Source of the DNA: Vulcanimicrobiota bacterium
GTDB lineage: Bacteria; Vulcanimicrobiota; Vulcanimicrobiia; Vulcanimicrobiales; Vulcanimicrobiaceae
Direction of reading: 5' to 3'
NCBI GenBank assembly: GCA_963795855.1
Contig: CAWCIZ010000006.1
Span: 90,877-154,876, forward strand
Length of the DNA stretch: 64,000 bases
The translations under genes and the position numbers were made by a program. Shown here one piece after another: positions 49,404-59,864 of this stretch. The first letter of the stretch is position 1. The number at the start of each line of letters is the position of its first letter. The notes beneath the pieces are model-generated. The model made no database searches. It saw only the letters and a list, made by a program, of their open reading frames with translations, and had not been told where the DNA came from.

Positions 49404-50804
49404 ATGGATGTGCTGGGGAGCACGGGCCAGGTCGAGCTCAACCTGTTCCGGACTCAATTGGACGAGGAACGCCAAACACGCGCGCTGGCCAGTGGCCTAC
49501 GCGTTGTTTCTGCTTCCGACGATCCCAGCGGCCTTGCGATAAGCCAGACTATTCAAACGAAGGTTCTCGGTCTCGAGCAAGGCACCCAAAACGCGCAAAC
49601 GGCGAAGAACGCACTTGCCGTTGCGGACTCGACGCTCGGTAACGTCGAGGAAATTCTTCAGCGCATCCACACCCTCATCACGGAAGCCGCCAGCGATCTC
49701 AATTCCCTCGGACAGCTGCAGTCGATACAAACCGAGATCGCTTCGCTGCTTCAAGAGATCAACAAGATCTCCACCGGCACGAAATTCAACGGTAAATCCT
49801 TGCTCGACGGATCGCTGACCAACGCGTTTCCGCCCCAGGCCACCATCACGCAAGTCGGCTCGCCCGCGCAGCCCAGCGGAGCACCCGCGACCGGATCGAC
49901 CGTCACCGACTTTGACGGCCTCGGACACGCCGGTTTGCTGGTCGGCGCGTACAATCCGCCGGGCGGCACGAGCTTCGGCGCTCCCAGCGTCGGCGTGCTG
50001 GGATCGATCAATTCTTACATCTCGATTCAGGTGACGGGATATTCCGCGAACGCGGTCGACCCGGACACCGGCAATCCGGTCGGCGCCGGCGATTACGTGA
50101 CCATAACCGCGTACAGCACCGATTCGAAGATGGGTGCGGCGCCGCTCTACGTCGACACGTCGGCGGTCGCCGTAAACAGCGGACAGACGACACAGATTCA
50201 ATACACGTCGCCTTCCGGCGCGCCCGGAGACGTTTTGCTGCTGTTCAGTTTGGCGAATCTGACCGCGCAGGACGTCGGCGCCACGATGGCGTTCGAAACG
50301 TACGCGCCGCCGAATACGTCCCAATCGCCAGGATCGCCGCTGCAAGTCAATACGTCCGGAACCGAGGGCGGAGACGTTCACATCCAGCTTCCGTCCATTT
50401 CCACGACGGCGTTGAACATCGCCGACATCAGCGTTTTGCCGACGACGAGCGAGAACTATCTCGACCAATCGACGGGCGCGACCGGCAATCAGGTGACGAC
50501 GCAAGACGCCGAGGCGCGCGTGAGCATCGCTCTGGACACGATAAGCCAAGCGCGTGCGACAGTGGGCGCGCAAAGCGTCTCGCTCGGCGAAGAATCCGAC
50601 GACGCCAACGTCGAGACGGTCAATCAAATCGCAAGCGAAAGCGCGATTCGGGACGCCGACATAGGCCAAGCGGCATCCGCACTCACGCGCGACCAAGTCA
50701 TGGCGCAAGTCGCGACCAGCGTGCTGGCGCAGATGCACGCCGACGCGCAACTCGTCGTCGAATTGGTAAACGGCGCAAACCCCATCACCAGCGGCAAAGT
50801 CTAG
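49404..50804 (+). CDS. Flagellin-like protein (divergent)
   Basis: LASGLRVVSASDDPSGLAIS, TKFNGKSLLDG, RATVGAQ, ESAIRDADIG flagellin N and C domains. Confidence 0.9.
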   Translation: MDVLGSTGQVELNLFRTQLDEERQTRALASGLRVVSASDDPSGLAISQTIQTKVLGLEQGTQNAQTAKNALAVADSTLGNVEEILQRIHTLITEAASDLNSLGQLQSIQTEIASLLQEINKISTGTKFNGKSLLDGSLTNAFPPQATITQVGSPAQPSGAPATGSTVTDFDGLGHAGLLVGAYNPPGGTSFGAPSVGVLGSINSYISIQVTGYSANAVDPDTGNPVGAGDYVTITAYSTDSKMGAAPLYVDTSAVAVNSGQTTQIQYTSPSGAPGDVLLLFSLANLTAQDVGATMAFETYAPPNTSQSPGSPLQVNTSGTEGGDVHIQLPSISTTALNIADISVLPTTSENYLDQSTGATGNQVTTQDAEARVSIALDTISQARATVGAQSVSLGEESDDANVETVNQIASESAIRDADIGQAASALTRDQVMAQVATSVLAQMHADAQLVVELVNGANPITSGKV

Positions 50805-50873
50805 CGGCCGCCGCCTCCCTATCGGACGGTCCCTAGCGGGCGGGGTTGACGCGCGAGCCTATACTAAAGAAGG

Positions 50874-51039
50874 ATACCTCGCTAGGTGAGGCGTCCACGC
50901 AATACACAAGCCGCTGCCCAGAAACGTCGAGAGACGCCAACCGGGTAGACCAGACTCCGCCGATACAAGGCGATGTCTAACGCGGCTCCTCCCGGTGGGG
51001 GTACGATGCGTGGTGCCAAAGCAAACGCGACTGGGGTAT
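50874..51039 (+). ncRNA. M-box (ykoK) Mg2+ riboswitch aptamer
   Basis: TAGGTGAGGC...GCTGCCCAGAAACGTCGAGAGACGCCAA..GGGT...AAGG...GTGCCAAAGC matches the ykoK consensus; closing helix ATACCTC/GGGGTAT; TATACT -10 at 50860. Confidence 0.92.
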
Positions 51040-51058
51040 ATCGGCGCTCACCGCGCGA

Positions 51059-51083
51059 GGCTGTCCTAGGGACAGTCTTTTTT
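51059..51083 (+). terminator. Riboswitch expression-platform terminator
   Basis: GGCTGTCC-TAG-GGACAGTC-TTTTTT. Confidence 0.85.
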
Positions 51084-51120
51084 ATATGCCGGCTTGCAGC
51101 GCGCACGGGAGAGCTCGACG

Positions 51121-52419
51121 ATGACATTCCACGACGGCTTCGTTTCCGAGTTGGTCGGCCGCCGCGCGACCGTCAACGATCTGCCGATCGGCAGAGTCTC
51201 GGATTTTCTCGTCAACAAGCCGGAGGACACGTTCCCGCAGATAGACGGCCTGGTGATCAAGACGACTCAGGGGCCGCGATTCGCTCCGATGGAGACGGTT
51301 GCGGACGTCGATCATGCCGGTACGGTTGCGCTCACCGATGCGCCGAAAGTTCCCGCGCCGCCGGACGAAGACGCGCTGTACCTCGTGAGCGATCTGCTCG
51401 ACAAGCAAATCGTCGACGTCGACGGCCGCAAGGTCGTACGCATCAACGACATCGAGCTCGCGAACACGGGCGGCAAACTGCGCGTCGTCGCAGCGGACGT
51501 AGGCGTGAGCGGGCTGCTCCGGCGTCTCGGCTTGAAACGGTTCGGCCGGCGTTTCACGCCGTGGATTTACCGCAACGTGCCGCGCTCGCTGATCGCATGG
51601 AATTCCGTCGCACCGATCCGCGAAACGAGCCCTTCGCACGTTCAACTCGCGCAAGAAAGCAAATTCGCGCGCATGCATCCGAGCGAGCTGGCCGAGATCA
51701 TCAGCGATCTTTCCGCGCGCGAGGCCGCGGCGGTCATCCATCAACTCGATGACGAAACCGCAGCGGATGCGCTCGAGCACTTGGACGCCGACACGCAGCG
51801 AACGATTATCGAAGACATCGGCACCGAGCGCGCGGCGGACATCATCGAAGAAATGGATTCCGACGACGCGGCGGACTTGCTCGCCGAACTTCCCAAAGAG
51901 CAGCAAACGGAACTGCTCGCGGAGATGAACGAGTACACGGCGGGCGAGTTGCGCGAACTCGTCAAGTACTCCGAGGACACCGCGGGCGGCTTGATGACCA
52001 CGGACTACACGTGGATTTACCCGCACCGCACGGCCGAGCAGACGATTCGCAAAATTCGCGAGATCGCGCCGGAATCGGAATTCATTTACTATCTATACGT
52101 CCTGGACAAGCAGGACCGGCTGCTCGGCGTGTTGACGCTGCGTACGCTGCTGCTCGCACCGCCGGATGCCACGATCGAGCACATCATGGAAGGCGACATC
52201 GTCACCGTCAGCACGAACGTGCCGGCTCGCGACGTTGCCGCCAGCATCGCGCGATACGATCTGCTTGCGGTTCCGGTCGTCGACGAAGAAGCGCGGATGC
52301 TCGGAATCGTAACGGTCGACGACGCAATCGATGCGATCATGCCGGAAAGTCTCGCGAAAAAGTTGCCGCGTTTGACCGCGCGGCACAGCCGGCGCGCCAC
52401 CGGCGCGTTGACGGGATAG
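51121..52419 (+). CDS. MgtE cytosolic-domain protein (PRC-like, MgtE_N, CBS pair), no TM domain
   Basis: LLDKQIVDVDGRKVVRIND, MDSDDAADLL, TAGGLMTT, YYLYVLD, GIVTVDDAID. Confidence 0.88.
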   Translation: MTFHDGFVSELVGRRATVNDLPIGRVSDFLVNKPEDTFPQIDGLVIKTTQGPRFAPMETVADVDHAGTVALTDAPKVPAPPDEDALYLVSDLLDKQIVDVDGRKVVRINDIELANTGGKLRVVAADVGVSGLLRRLGLKRFGRRFTPWIYRNVPRSLIAWNSVAPIRETSPSHVQLAQESKFARMHPSELAEIISDLSAREAAAVIHQLDDETAADALEHLDADTQRTIIEDIGTERAADIIEEMDSDDAADLLAELPKEQQTELLAEMNEYTAGELRELVKYSEDTAGGLMTTDYTWIYPHRTAEQTIRKIREIAPESEFIYYLYVLDKQDRLLGVLTLRTLLLAPPDATIEHIMEGDIVTVSTNVPARDVAASIARYDLLAVPVVDEEARMLGIVTVDDAIDAIMPESLAKKLPRLTARHSRRATGALTG

Positions 52420-52428
52420 GCGCAACCG

Positions 52429-53696
52429 GTGGTAGAGGGGCGCAGGCGAAACTTCCGGCGTTCGCTGCTGTTGCTGCTGTCCGTGCTGGGACCGGGCTTC
52501 GTTACCGCTTCGGCGGGAAACGACGTCGGCGGCATCGCGACGTATTCGGCGGCGGGCGCTCAGTTCGGATACCGCGTCCTTTGGACGCTTCTTCCGCTCG
52601 CAGTCTCGCTGATCGTGGTGCAGGAGATGGCGACCCGTATGGGCGCCGTCACCGGAAAAGGCCTCGCTTCGCTCGTACGCGAGAATTTCGGCGTACGCAT
52701 CTCGTTCTTTGCGATGATCGCCTTGTTCGTCATCAACACCGCTATCACGGCCACGGAGTTCGTCGGCATCGCGACCGCATCGGAAATGTTCGGCATCTCG
52801 CGGTACATCGTCGTGCCCGCCGCGGTCGTCGTGGTGTTTCTCTTCATCTTGCGTTTCAACAACAAGGTCGTCGAGCGCACCTTCGTCGTGTTTTCACTGA
52901 TTTACCTCAGTTACATCGTTTCGGCGGTTCTTGCGCATCCGAATTGGCACGACGTCGCAGTCGCGACCGTCGTTCCGGATCTGCATTTCAACAACATCGA
53001 GTATTTGGTCGTCATCGTCGGTCTAATCGGCACGACCATCTCGCCGTACATGCAGTTCTTTCTCCAGTCCGCGGTCGTCGAGAAAGGCACCGACGAACAA
53101 GAGCTCGGGCTTGCGCGCGCGGACGTCGTCACCGGATCGATTCTCGCGATCGCTCTGGCCGGATTCATGATCGTCGCGAACGCTGCGACGATCTACGTGG
53201 CGAACGAGCACGGCGCCCACCTTGCGCCGTCCCAAGCCGCCGATTTCGCGGCGGCGCTGCGTCCGCTCGCAGGGGAGTGGGCTTCGGTGATCTTTGCGCT
53301 GGGCATTCTCAACGCGGGGCTTTTCACGGCGACGGTTCTTCCGCTCTCCACGAGTTACGTCATCTGCGAGGCGCTTGGTTTCGAAGCGGCGGTGGACCGG
53401 AAGTTTTCCGAGGCGCCGGTCTTCTTCAGCCTATTCGGCGTCGCCCTTCTCGCAGGTGCCGCCATGGTGCTCATTCCGGGACTGCCGTACCTGAAATTCA
53501 CGCTGTACGCGCAAGTCGTGCAGGGCGTGCTGCTTCCACCCGACTGGTGTTGATGCTGATCGTCGTGAACAAGCGCAGCGTGATGGGGAAGTATACGAAC
53601 TCGCTTCTCGGCAATGCCATTGCCTGGGCAACAGTCGTCGTGATCGGCGGACTTTCGATTTTCTACGTCGTCCATCTCGTCGCGGGCGGCGCTTAA
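52429..53696 (+). CDS. NRAMP-related divalent metal (probably Mg2+) transporter, frameshifted near 53545
   Basis: GPGFVTASAGNDVGGIATYS, QEMATRMGAVTGKGL, GTTISPYMQF; last helices continue in another frame. Confidence 0.88.
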
Positions 53697-55459
53697 CCGC
53701 CCGCCTGCGCCTCGCCGTAGAGTTTCCAGCGATTGCGTCCCGTTCGCTTCGCGTGATACAGCGCCCGATCGGCGCGTTCCATGAGCACGTCGGCGGTGAG
53801 GCCATCGGCCGGGTACAGCGCAACGCCGATGCTCGTATGCACGGCGCCTTGAAACGACTCGAGTTGCAGCGGCGCTTCCATCACGGCGAGGATTTTACCA
53901 GCGAGGTCGGCCGCGTCGGATGGCGTGTTGACGACCGGCTGGAGAACGACGAATTCGTCTCCCCCGAAGCGCGCCACCGTGTCGCTCTCGCGCAGCGCGC
54001 CGACCAGGCGATCCGCGACCGATTTGAGCACCAGATCGCCGACCGGATGCCCGTACCGATCGTTGATCGCCTTGAATTCGTCGAGGTCTAAATACATCAC
54101 GGCAAAGTTGCGGCGATAGCGTTTGGCCGCCGCTATGGTTTGGCGTATGCGATCGTTGAAGAGTACGCGATTCGGCAATCCGGTGAGCGAGTCGTAAAAT
54201 GCGAGTTGCTCGATCCGTTCGGCATGCTGCGCGCGCTCTAATGCCGCGGCGACGAACAGCGCCATGAGTTGCAGCAGATCGCGATCTGGTTCCGGTATGC
54301 CGCCGCTTCGCGTTTGGCGCGCCGCAAAAACGAGCGCACCGAAATCCCGCGAACCGACGACGAGTTTCGTCGCGAAGTACGACTTCCAGGGCGCCGTACC
54401 GTGCGCGGGATCGCTGTTCCATGGAGCGTCGTCCATGTCGGGAATGAACAGCGTATCGCGCTCGCCGATGAGATGCCGCGAAAGCGCGTGCTGCTTCGCG
54501 TACACCGAGCCCGGGCGCACGCCGGTTCCATCACCAACGGCGTTCAAAATGGTGATCGACGCATCGTCGAAGCGCGTAAGATAGCCGTAATCGAATCCGA
54601 ATAGACGGCAACCGAGGCCGAGCGTATTGTCGATCTGCGCCTCGATCGACTTTCCGCGGGCGGCAGCCGCCAAATAGAGTTCGCGAATGCGCTCGCTTTG
54701 CAGCGCTATAGCTCGCTCCGCACTGCGTTGCGCGACGACGTTTTTCGCGACGGCATAGGCGCCGTCGATGCGGTCCCCTATGCGCAGCGGCACGAGCTTC
54801 ATCTGCACGTCGATGCGGTTGCCGGCGCGGTCGAGAAATAGCGAATCGAACTCCATCGCTTCCCCGCGCGAAACCAGCCGAAACGCTTGCTGCGCCTCCT
54901 CGCGGCATTCAGGCGCGATGATCTCGCTCCAATCCTTGCCGATTATCTGCTCGCCATAGTGCCCCGTGGCGGCTTCGAGCGCGACGTTGACGCGCGAAAT
55001 CGTGCCGCTTGCTTTGAGCGCCACGATCGCGTCCGGATGGTATTCGAACAGCGACCGGAAACGCTGCTGGTTCAGTTCGAGCGAGTGCTCCGCGGAGCGC
55101 AGCGCAAGCGTATCGCGAGCCTGCGCGAAGACGCCGACGACGGCGCCGCCGCGTTTTGCCGGAAAGAGATGCACTTCGATAGGAACGTCGCTGCCCGCAC
55201 GCGTGTGCAGCATCGTTTCGAAGTGCTCGACGAAGCCTTCCAGCGCGGACGCAAAGAGATCGTCGAAGACTTCGTGATCTTCCGACTGGATGTGCTGCTT
55301 GTAATGCGTGCCGGCGAGTTCTTCTTTCGTATATCCGGAGAGCACCAGCGCCGCGGCGTTGCACGAGACGAAGCGGCCGGCGAAATCGTACGCGGCAATG
55401 GCATCGGGGCATCCGTCATAAAAAGATGCCAGCAGACCGGTAAGGTCGTCCGTTTGCAT
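53693..55459 (-). CDS. PAS-PAS-GAF diguanylate cyclase
   Basis: DSLTGLPNR, LDLDEFKAINDRYGHPVGD, RESD I-site, RFGGDEF. Confidence 0.93.
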   Translation of the reverse strand: MQTDDLTGLLASFYDGCPDAIAAYDFAGRFVSCNAAALVLSGYTKEELAGTHYKQHIQSEDHEVFDDLFASALEGFVEHFETMLHTRAGSDVPIEVHLFPAKRGGAVVGVFAQARDTLALRSAEHSLELNQQRFRSLFEYHPDAIVALKASGTISRVNVALEAATGHYGEQIIGKDWSEIIAPECREEAQQAFRLVSRGEAMEFDSLFLDRAGNRIDVQMKLVPLRIGDRIDGAYAVAKNVVAQRSAERAIALQSERIRELYLAAAARGKSIEAQIDNTLGLGCRLFGFDYGYLTRFDDASITILNAVGDGTGVRPGSVYAKQHALSRHLIGERDTLFIPDMDDAPWNSDPAHGTAPWKSYFATKLVVGSRDFGALVFAARQTRSGGIPEPDRDLLQLMALFVAAALERAQHAERIEQLAFYDSLTGLPNRVLFNDRIRQTIAAAKRYRRNFAVMYLDLDEFKAINDRYGHPVGDLVLKSVADRLVGALRESDTVARFGGDEFVVLQPVVNTPSDAADLAGKILAVMEAPLQLESFQGAVHTSIGVALYPADGLTADVLMERADRALYHAKRTGRNRWKLYGEAQAGG

Positions 55460-55497
55460 GCGAAGTGTCCGCGAATTGCTTCGCCGAAGAGGCCGAT

Positions 55498-56670
55498 ATG
55501 ACTGCCGACGAACTGGTCGCGTTCGCGGAAGACCTGGCCGGCGTCGCGGCGGCCGGCGGAGGTTGTAAGGCATTGGCGGATCTTCTTGCGCGCCGTACGG
55601 GCGTCGGCGTGCTCGTGGAAGATGCCGAGTGGCGCCATCTCGCGGCCTCCGGCGTGGCGAGCTTGCCCAGCAGCGTGCGGCCAATGCTCCTGCCTTCCCG
55701 GCCGGACGGCGGCTATGCCGCCCTGGCCAACGCGCACGGAGGCAGAACGCTCGCAATCCTGGCCGGCGAGAAACGGTTCGGGCAAATCTCCGTGTTCGGA
55801 GAGCGCGACCTCGACGCGCTCGAACACGTCGTGCGGCTCACCGCGAGCGCGATTGGCGTAGAGCTCTCCCGCGAAGGCGGCGGCCAGCCGCGACGACGAC
55901 GCGCGTTTTGGGAACGCTTGGCAACTGGTGCGTACGTCGACGCATCGGCTGCGCGAGACGATGCGGCGGCCAAAGGCATCACGCTCGCGACGCACTACGT
56001 CGCGATAGCGCTCGAAGCCGAAGTGAGCGATCCGCAAACCGCGAGCGCCGACCAATCGGCGCTGCGCGACGCAGCCGCGCTGAGTTTTCGTGGGGGAGAT
56101 GCCGAAACGGGCTTGTGCGAACGCGGAACGACGCTGTTCTTTTTCGTTCCGGCGCCGCGTGAGATCGACTCCGCAAACGCGCGCACTGCGGCGTCGCTTC
56201 TCGGGCGCAGTTTGGCAAAAAAACATCCGCACATGCGCGTCGGCGGCGGCGTGGGGACGCGCGTGCCCTTTTTTGAGTCCGGCCAATCCATCGCGCAGGC
56301 TGCTGCGGCGATGACCATTTCGCGCCGGCTCTTTGGCGCGGGTCACATCGGCGTGCACGACGACCTGGGCGCTTATCCGCTGCTTCTTTCGGGCGCGGAC
56401 TCCGCAGCGCTTCGCGCCTTCGCAGTCCGTACGCTCGCGCCGCTGCGCGCGTACGACGAGAAGCACCAAACCGAACTCGAACGCACGTTGCGTCTCTACT
56501 TCGCTGGCGGCGAAAACGTCAAGACGGCCGCCGAACAACTCGGGGTCCACCGGCACACGGTGTTTTACCGCTTGCGGCAGATCGGCGAGATATGCGCCTG
56601 CAAACTCGACGATCCGCACGATCAACTCACGCTCAGAATGGCAACGGCTATCGATGCACTCACAAACTAA
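55498..56670 (+). CDS. PucR/CdaR family transcriptional regulator
   Basis: LRAYDEKHQTELERTL, TAAEQLGVHRHTVFYRLRQI HTH. Confidence 0.9.
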   Translation: MTADELVAFAEDLAGVAAAGGGCKALADLLARRTGVGVLVEDAEWRHLAASGVASLPSSVRPMLLPSRPDGGYAALANAHGGRTLAILAGEKRFGQISVFGERDLDALEHVVRLTASAIGVELSREGGGQPRRRRAFWERLATGAYVDASAARDDAAAKGITLATHYVAIALEAEVSDPQTASADQSALRDAAALSFRGGDAETGLCERGTTLFFFVPAPREIDSANARTAASLLGRSLAKKHPHMRVGGGVGTRVPFFESGQSIAQAAAAMTISRRLFGAGHIGVHDDLGAYPLLLSGADSAALRAFAVRTLAPLRAYDEKHQTELERTLRLYFAGGENVKTAAEQLGVHRHTVFYRLRQIGEICACKLDDPHDQLTLRMATAIDALTN

Positions 56671-57937
56671 TTCCTCGACCAAACGCGACGTGCTGCGGCT
56701 TGCAAAAGAGGGCGGCGTGCGGTTCGTCCGGCTCGCGTTCGCGGACGTGCTGGGAGTCGGCAAAAACGTTTCCATACCCGCAAGTGAGTTGGAGGCGGCG
56801 CTCGACGGGAAAGTGACGTTCGACGGCGGCTCGATCGACGGCTTCGTTCGCGGCGAGGAACTCGACATGATCCTGCGGCCGGATCCGTCAACGTTCGCAC
56901 TATATCCTTGGGCCGGTTCGGAAGCACGACTGCTGTGCGACATCGCCATGCCGGACGGCTCGCCCTTCGAAGGTTGCCCGCGAACGACGCTCAAGCGCGC
57001 CGCGGAGGAATGCCGGCGTGCGATTCCCGAACTGCGCGTCGGCATCGAAGTCGAGTTTTACCTGTTCGACGCAGAGGAGAGCGAATTCGGTTCGACGCGT
57101 TCCGCCGACGTCGGTTCGTACTTCGATTTTTCGGCGAACGACCGCGGCGAGGAAGCGCGCAGCGCCATCGTGTCGGCGCTGCAGTCGATGAACGTCGCCG
57201 TTGCCAGCGCCCATCACGAGCACGGTCCCGGACAGCACGAAATCGATTTTCCGCACGCCGACGTTCTGGAGGCGGCCGATGCACTGCTCACGCTTCGCAC
57301 GATCGCAAAACACGTCGCCGCCGGTTACGGGCTCGAAGCGACATTCATGCCGAAGCCGCTCGAAGATCGCGCAGGAAGCGGTCTGCACGTGAATTTTCGC
57401 GTCGGTGAGGACGAGAAGCTGTACGCGATCGGCGGATTGCTGCAGCACGCGCCGGCGCTCACGGCAGTCTGCAACTCAACCGTGAATTCTTACAAGCGGC
57501 TGGTGGCCGCATGGGACGCACCGATCTATACCGTGTGGTCGGAACGCAGCGCGAACGCGCTCATACGCGTGCCGCCTCACGAACAATCTCCGCAGGTCGA
57601 AATGCGCAGCCCCGATCCCGCGTGCAATCCGTACTTGGCGCTTGCCGTTCTTACGGCCGCGCTCGCGGACGGCGTCGAACGGCGCACGCTTCCGGGCGAT
57701 CCGCTCGTCGGTTCGACGTACGAATTGAGCGATCGCGACCGGCGCGAACGCGGCGTTGGGACGCTTCCAAAATCGCTGCGCCAAGCGATCGTGGAACTCG
57801 ACGGCGACGCGGTGGTGCGCGCCGGCCTCGGCGATCACGTCTACCATGCATTTCGCGACGCGAAGCTCGCGGAATACGAACGGTACCGTCGCGCCGTGCA
57901 CCCGTGGGAACACCGCGCGTATTTACGGCTGTACTAG
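56654..57937 (+). CDS. Glutamine synthetase-family protein (divergent; possible gamma-glutamyl ligase)
   Basis: FDGGSIDGF, GIEVEFYLF, HHEHGPGQHEI, FMPKP, GSGLH, NSYKRL, EMRSPDPACNPYL. Confidence 0.88.
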   Translation: MHSQTNSSTKRDVLRLAKEGGVRFVRLAFADVLGVGKNVSIPASELEAALDGKVTFDGGSIDGFVRGEELDMILRPDPSTFALYPWAGSEARLLCDIAMPDGSPFEGCPRTTLKRAAEECRRAIPELRVGIEVEFYLFDAEESEFGSTRSADVGSYFDFSANDRGEEARSAIVSALQSMNVAVASAHHEHGPGQHEIDFPHADVLEAADALLTLRTIAKHVAAGYGLEATFMPKPLEDRAGSGLHVNFRVGEDEKLYAIGGLLQHAPALTAVCNSTVNSYKRLVAAWDAPIYTVWSERSANALIRVPPHEQSPQVEMRSPDPACNPYLALAVLTAALADGVERRTLPGDPLVGSTYELSDRDRRERGVGTLPKSLRQAIVELDGDAVVRAGLGDHVYHAFRDAKLAEYERYRRAVHPWEHRAYLRLY

Positions 57938-59838
57938 GGACGCTTTGGGATCGGCAGAGCGCAATCGCGCTCGGTCGGCCTGCTGGATCGCTTGCTGCAA
58001 GTCCGAACCGAGGAACGGGTTCGGCAGCAGCGCGTTCCACTCGCCGCCTTTGTGCGTGCCGTTGCCGGCGATCGCGATAAGGCCGATATGCGGCTGCGCG
58101 CGCTTCGCGATTTTGAAGAGTGAGGACGGATTGGCGGTCACCGTGTCGCAGTCGACGATAACGATATCCGCCTCTTCCACGCCGAGGCGTTCGAGCGCCG
58201 CGGTCAGCGTTTTGTCCCGTCGCGAAGCGAAGCCGTGCGTTCGCAACTCGTGCAAAATGTACGGGCCCAGCGTCTCGTCGCCCGTGACGACGACGACGCG
58301 GAGCAAACCACCGACGCCGTCGCGCATGCGTGGAAGCACCACGATGAACGTGCTGCCTTCGCCGAGTTTGCTCTGCACCTGAATGTTGCCGCCGTGACGT
58401 TCGACGAGCGTCTTGGCGAGATACAAGCCTAACCCGGTGCCTTTGATCGACGATCGCTTCGCATTCGAGGCGCGCCTGAACCGCTCGAACAAGAACCTCA
58501 TCTCGTCTGACGGAATGCCGATCCCGCTGTCGTGCACCGCGATGCGCACGGTGCGATCGGTTTCCGTGATGCGCACCTCGACCGGCGTTGCGTCGGGAGA
58601 GTATTTGACGGCGTTTCCGACGATGTTCTCGAAAACTTGCCGCAACCGAGCGGGATCGCCGCGCACGACGGGATCGTGCGCCTTCACGCTAACCGTTATC
58701 TGTCGCTGCGGCTGCAGCGATTCTACCATTTCTTGCACGATGTCGACGATGTTGACGGGATCGGCCGCGAGGTTCAATTCGCCTTGCTCGACGCGCGAGA
58801 GCGCGAGCGTGTCGTTCGCGAGATTCGCAAGGCGCATCGCCGACTGACGAATGGTACGCAGCGCCGCATCGGCGTCTTCGCCTTCGAGCGCGTGCTCTTC
58901 GAGCAGTTCGGTAAAACCGACGATGGTGGTGAGGGGGCCTTTGAAATCGTGCGCCAGGACGGCAATGAGATCGTCTTTGAGCTGGTTGAGTTGAATGACG
59001 CTGGCGCGCTGCGACTGCAATTCGCCGAACAACGCGACGTTTTGTATGGCGATACCGATATAATGCCGCAGCAGTTCCAGCGCGAAGACGTCGTTCTCGC
59101 CGAACAATCGATCCGCCGCATTGATGTCCAAAATCCACTCGTTGCGGCCGCTGGTGCCGGGAATCGGCAGCGCCAGACGCGAGCGCTCCGCACCGAGTAC
59201 GGGCTTGCGGGAAGCGAAGGCGTCGAGCAGAAACTTGTCCGGTTTCGGACGGCCGCCGGTAGTTTCGACGCACACCAAATCGCCGGACGTACGGAGTGCG
59301 TACAGCATGACGCTGCCGCCCCACATGCGGCGCGCTTCCGCCGCCAGCAATCCGACGACGGCGCGCACGTCTAACGTTGCGAACACGCGTCCCGCCGCAT
59401 CCGTCAGACGCCGCAGAATGACGTTCTCTTCCTGCAGGCGCGCCTCACTGCCCGCGATGCGGTCGAGAGCTGCTGGCGCTCGATGGCGGATCGCAGCGCG
59501 CGGCGCAGAGAAGCGCTGTCCAGATGCGCTTTGATGAGGTAATCCTGCGCTCCGGCCTGCATCGCCTCGGCGGCGATCGACTCCTCTTCAGTGCCGCCGA
59601 GGATGACGATTGGAACGTGCGGAACGGCGGCGCGCATCCGGCGGACCGCGTCGGCGCCTTGCCCGTCGGAAAGCGACGTGTCGAGAAGAATGACGTCCAG
59701 CGGCGCCGTTTCGGCGACGGCGAGCGCGTCCGTCAGACTTTCGGCAGTGCGAACTTCCGGCGCTTCTGAATCGCGCCGAAGGTACCGCTGCACGATGGTC
59801 GAGTCGGCGTTCTTGTCCTCGACGATTAAAACGCGCAT
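57923..59838 (-). CDS. Hybrid sensor kinase (REC-GAF-HisKA-HATPase-REC-like), frameshifted near 59465
   Basis: REC (ILLDTSL, GAQDYLIK) links through LDRIAGSEARLQEEN in another frame to AHDFKGPLT, NIVGNAVKYS, GTGLGL. Confidence 0.85.
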
Positions 59839-59864
59839 GCCACTCCTTACCGTCTATGCTAGCG

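Noticed and set aside
50846..50865. TTGACG...TATACT as a sigma-70 -35/-10 pair
   Set aside because: The spacer is only 8 nt; only the -10 is credible
59404..59838. Stand-alone response regulator
   Set aside because: A one-base repair joins it to the downstream kinase through a coiled-coil linker
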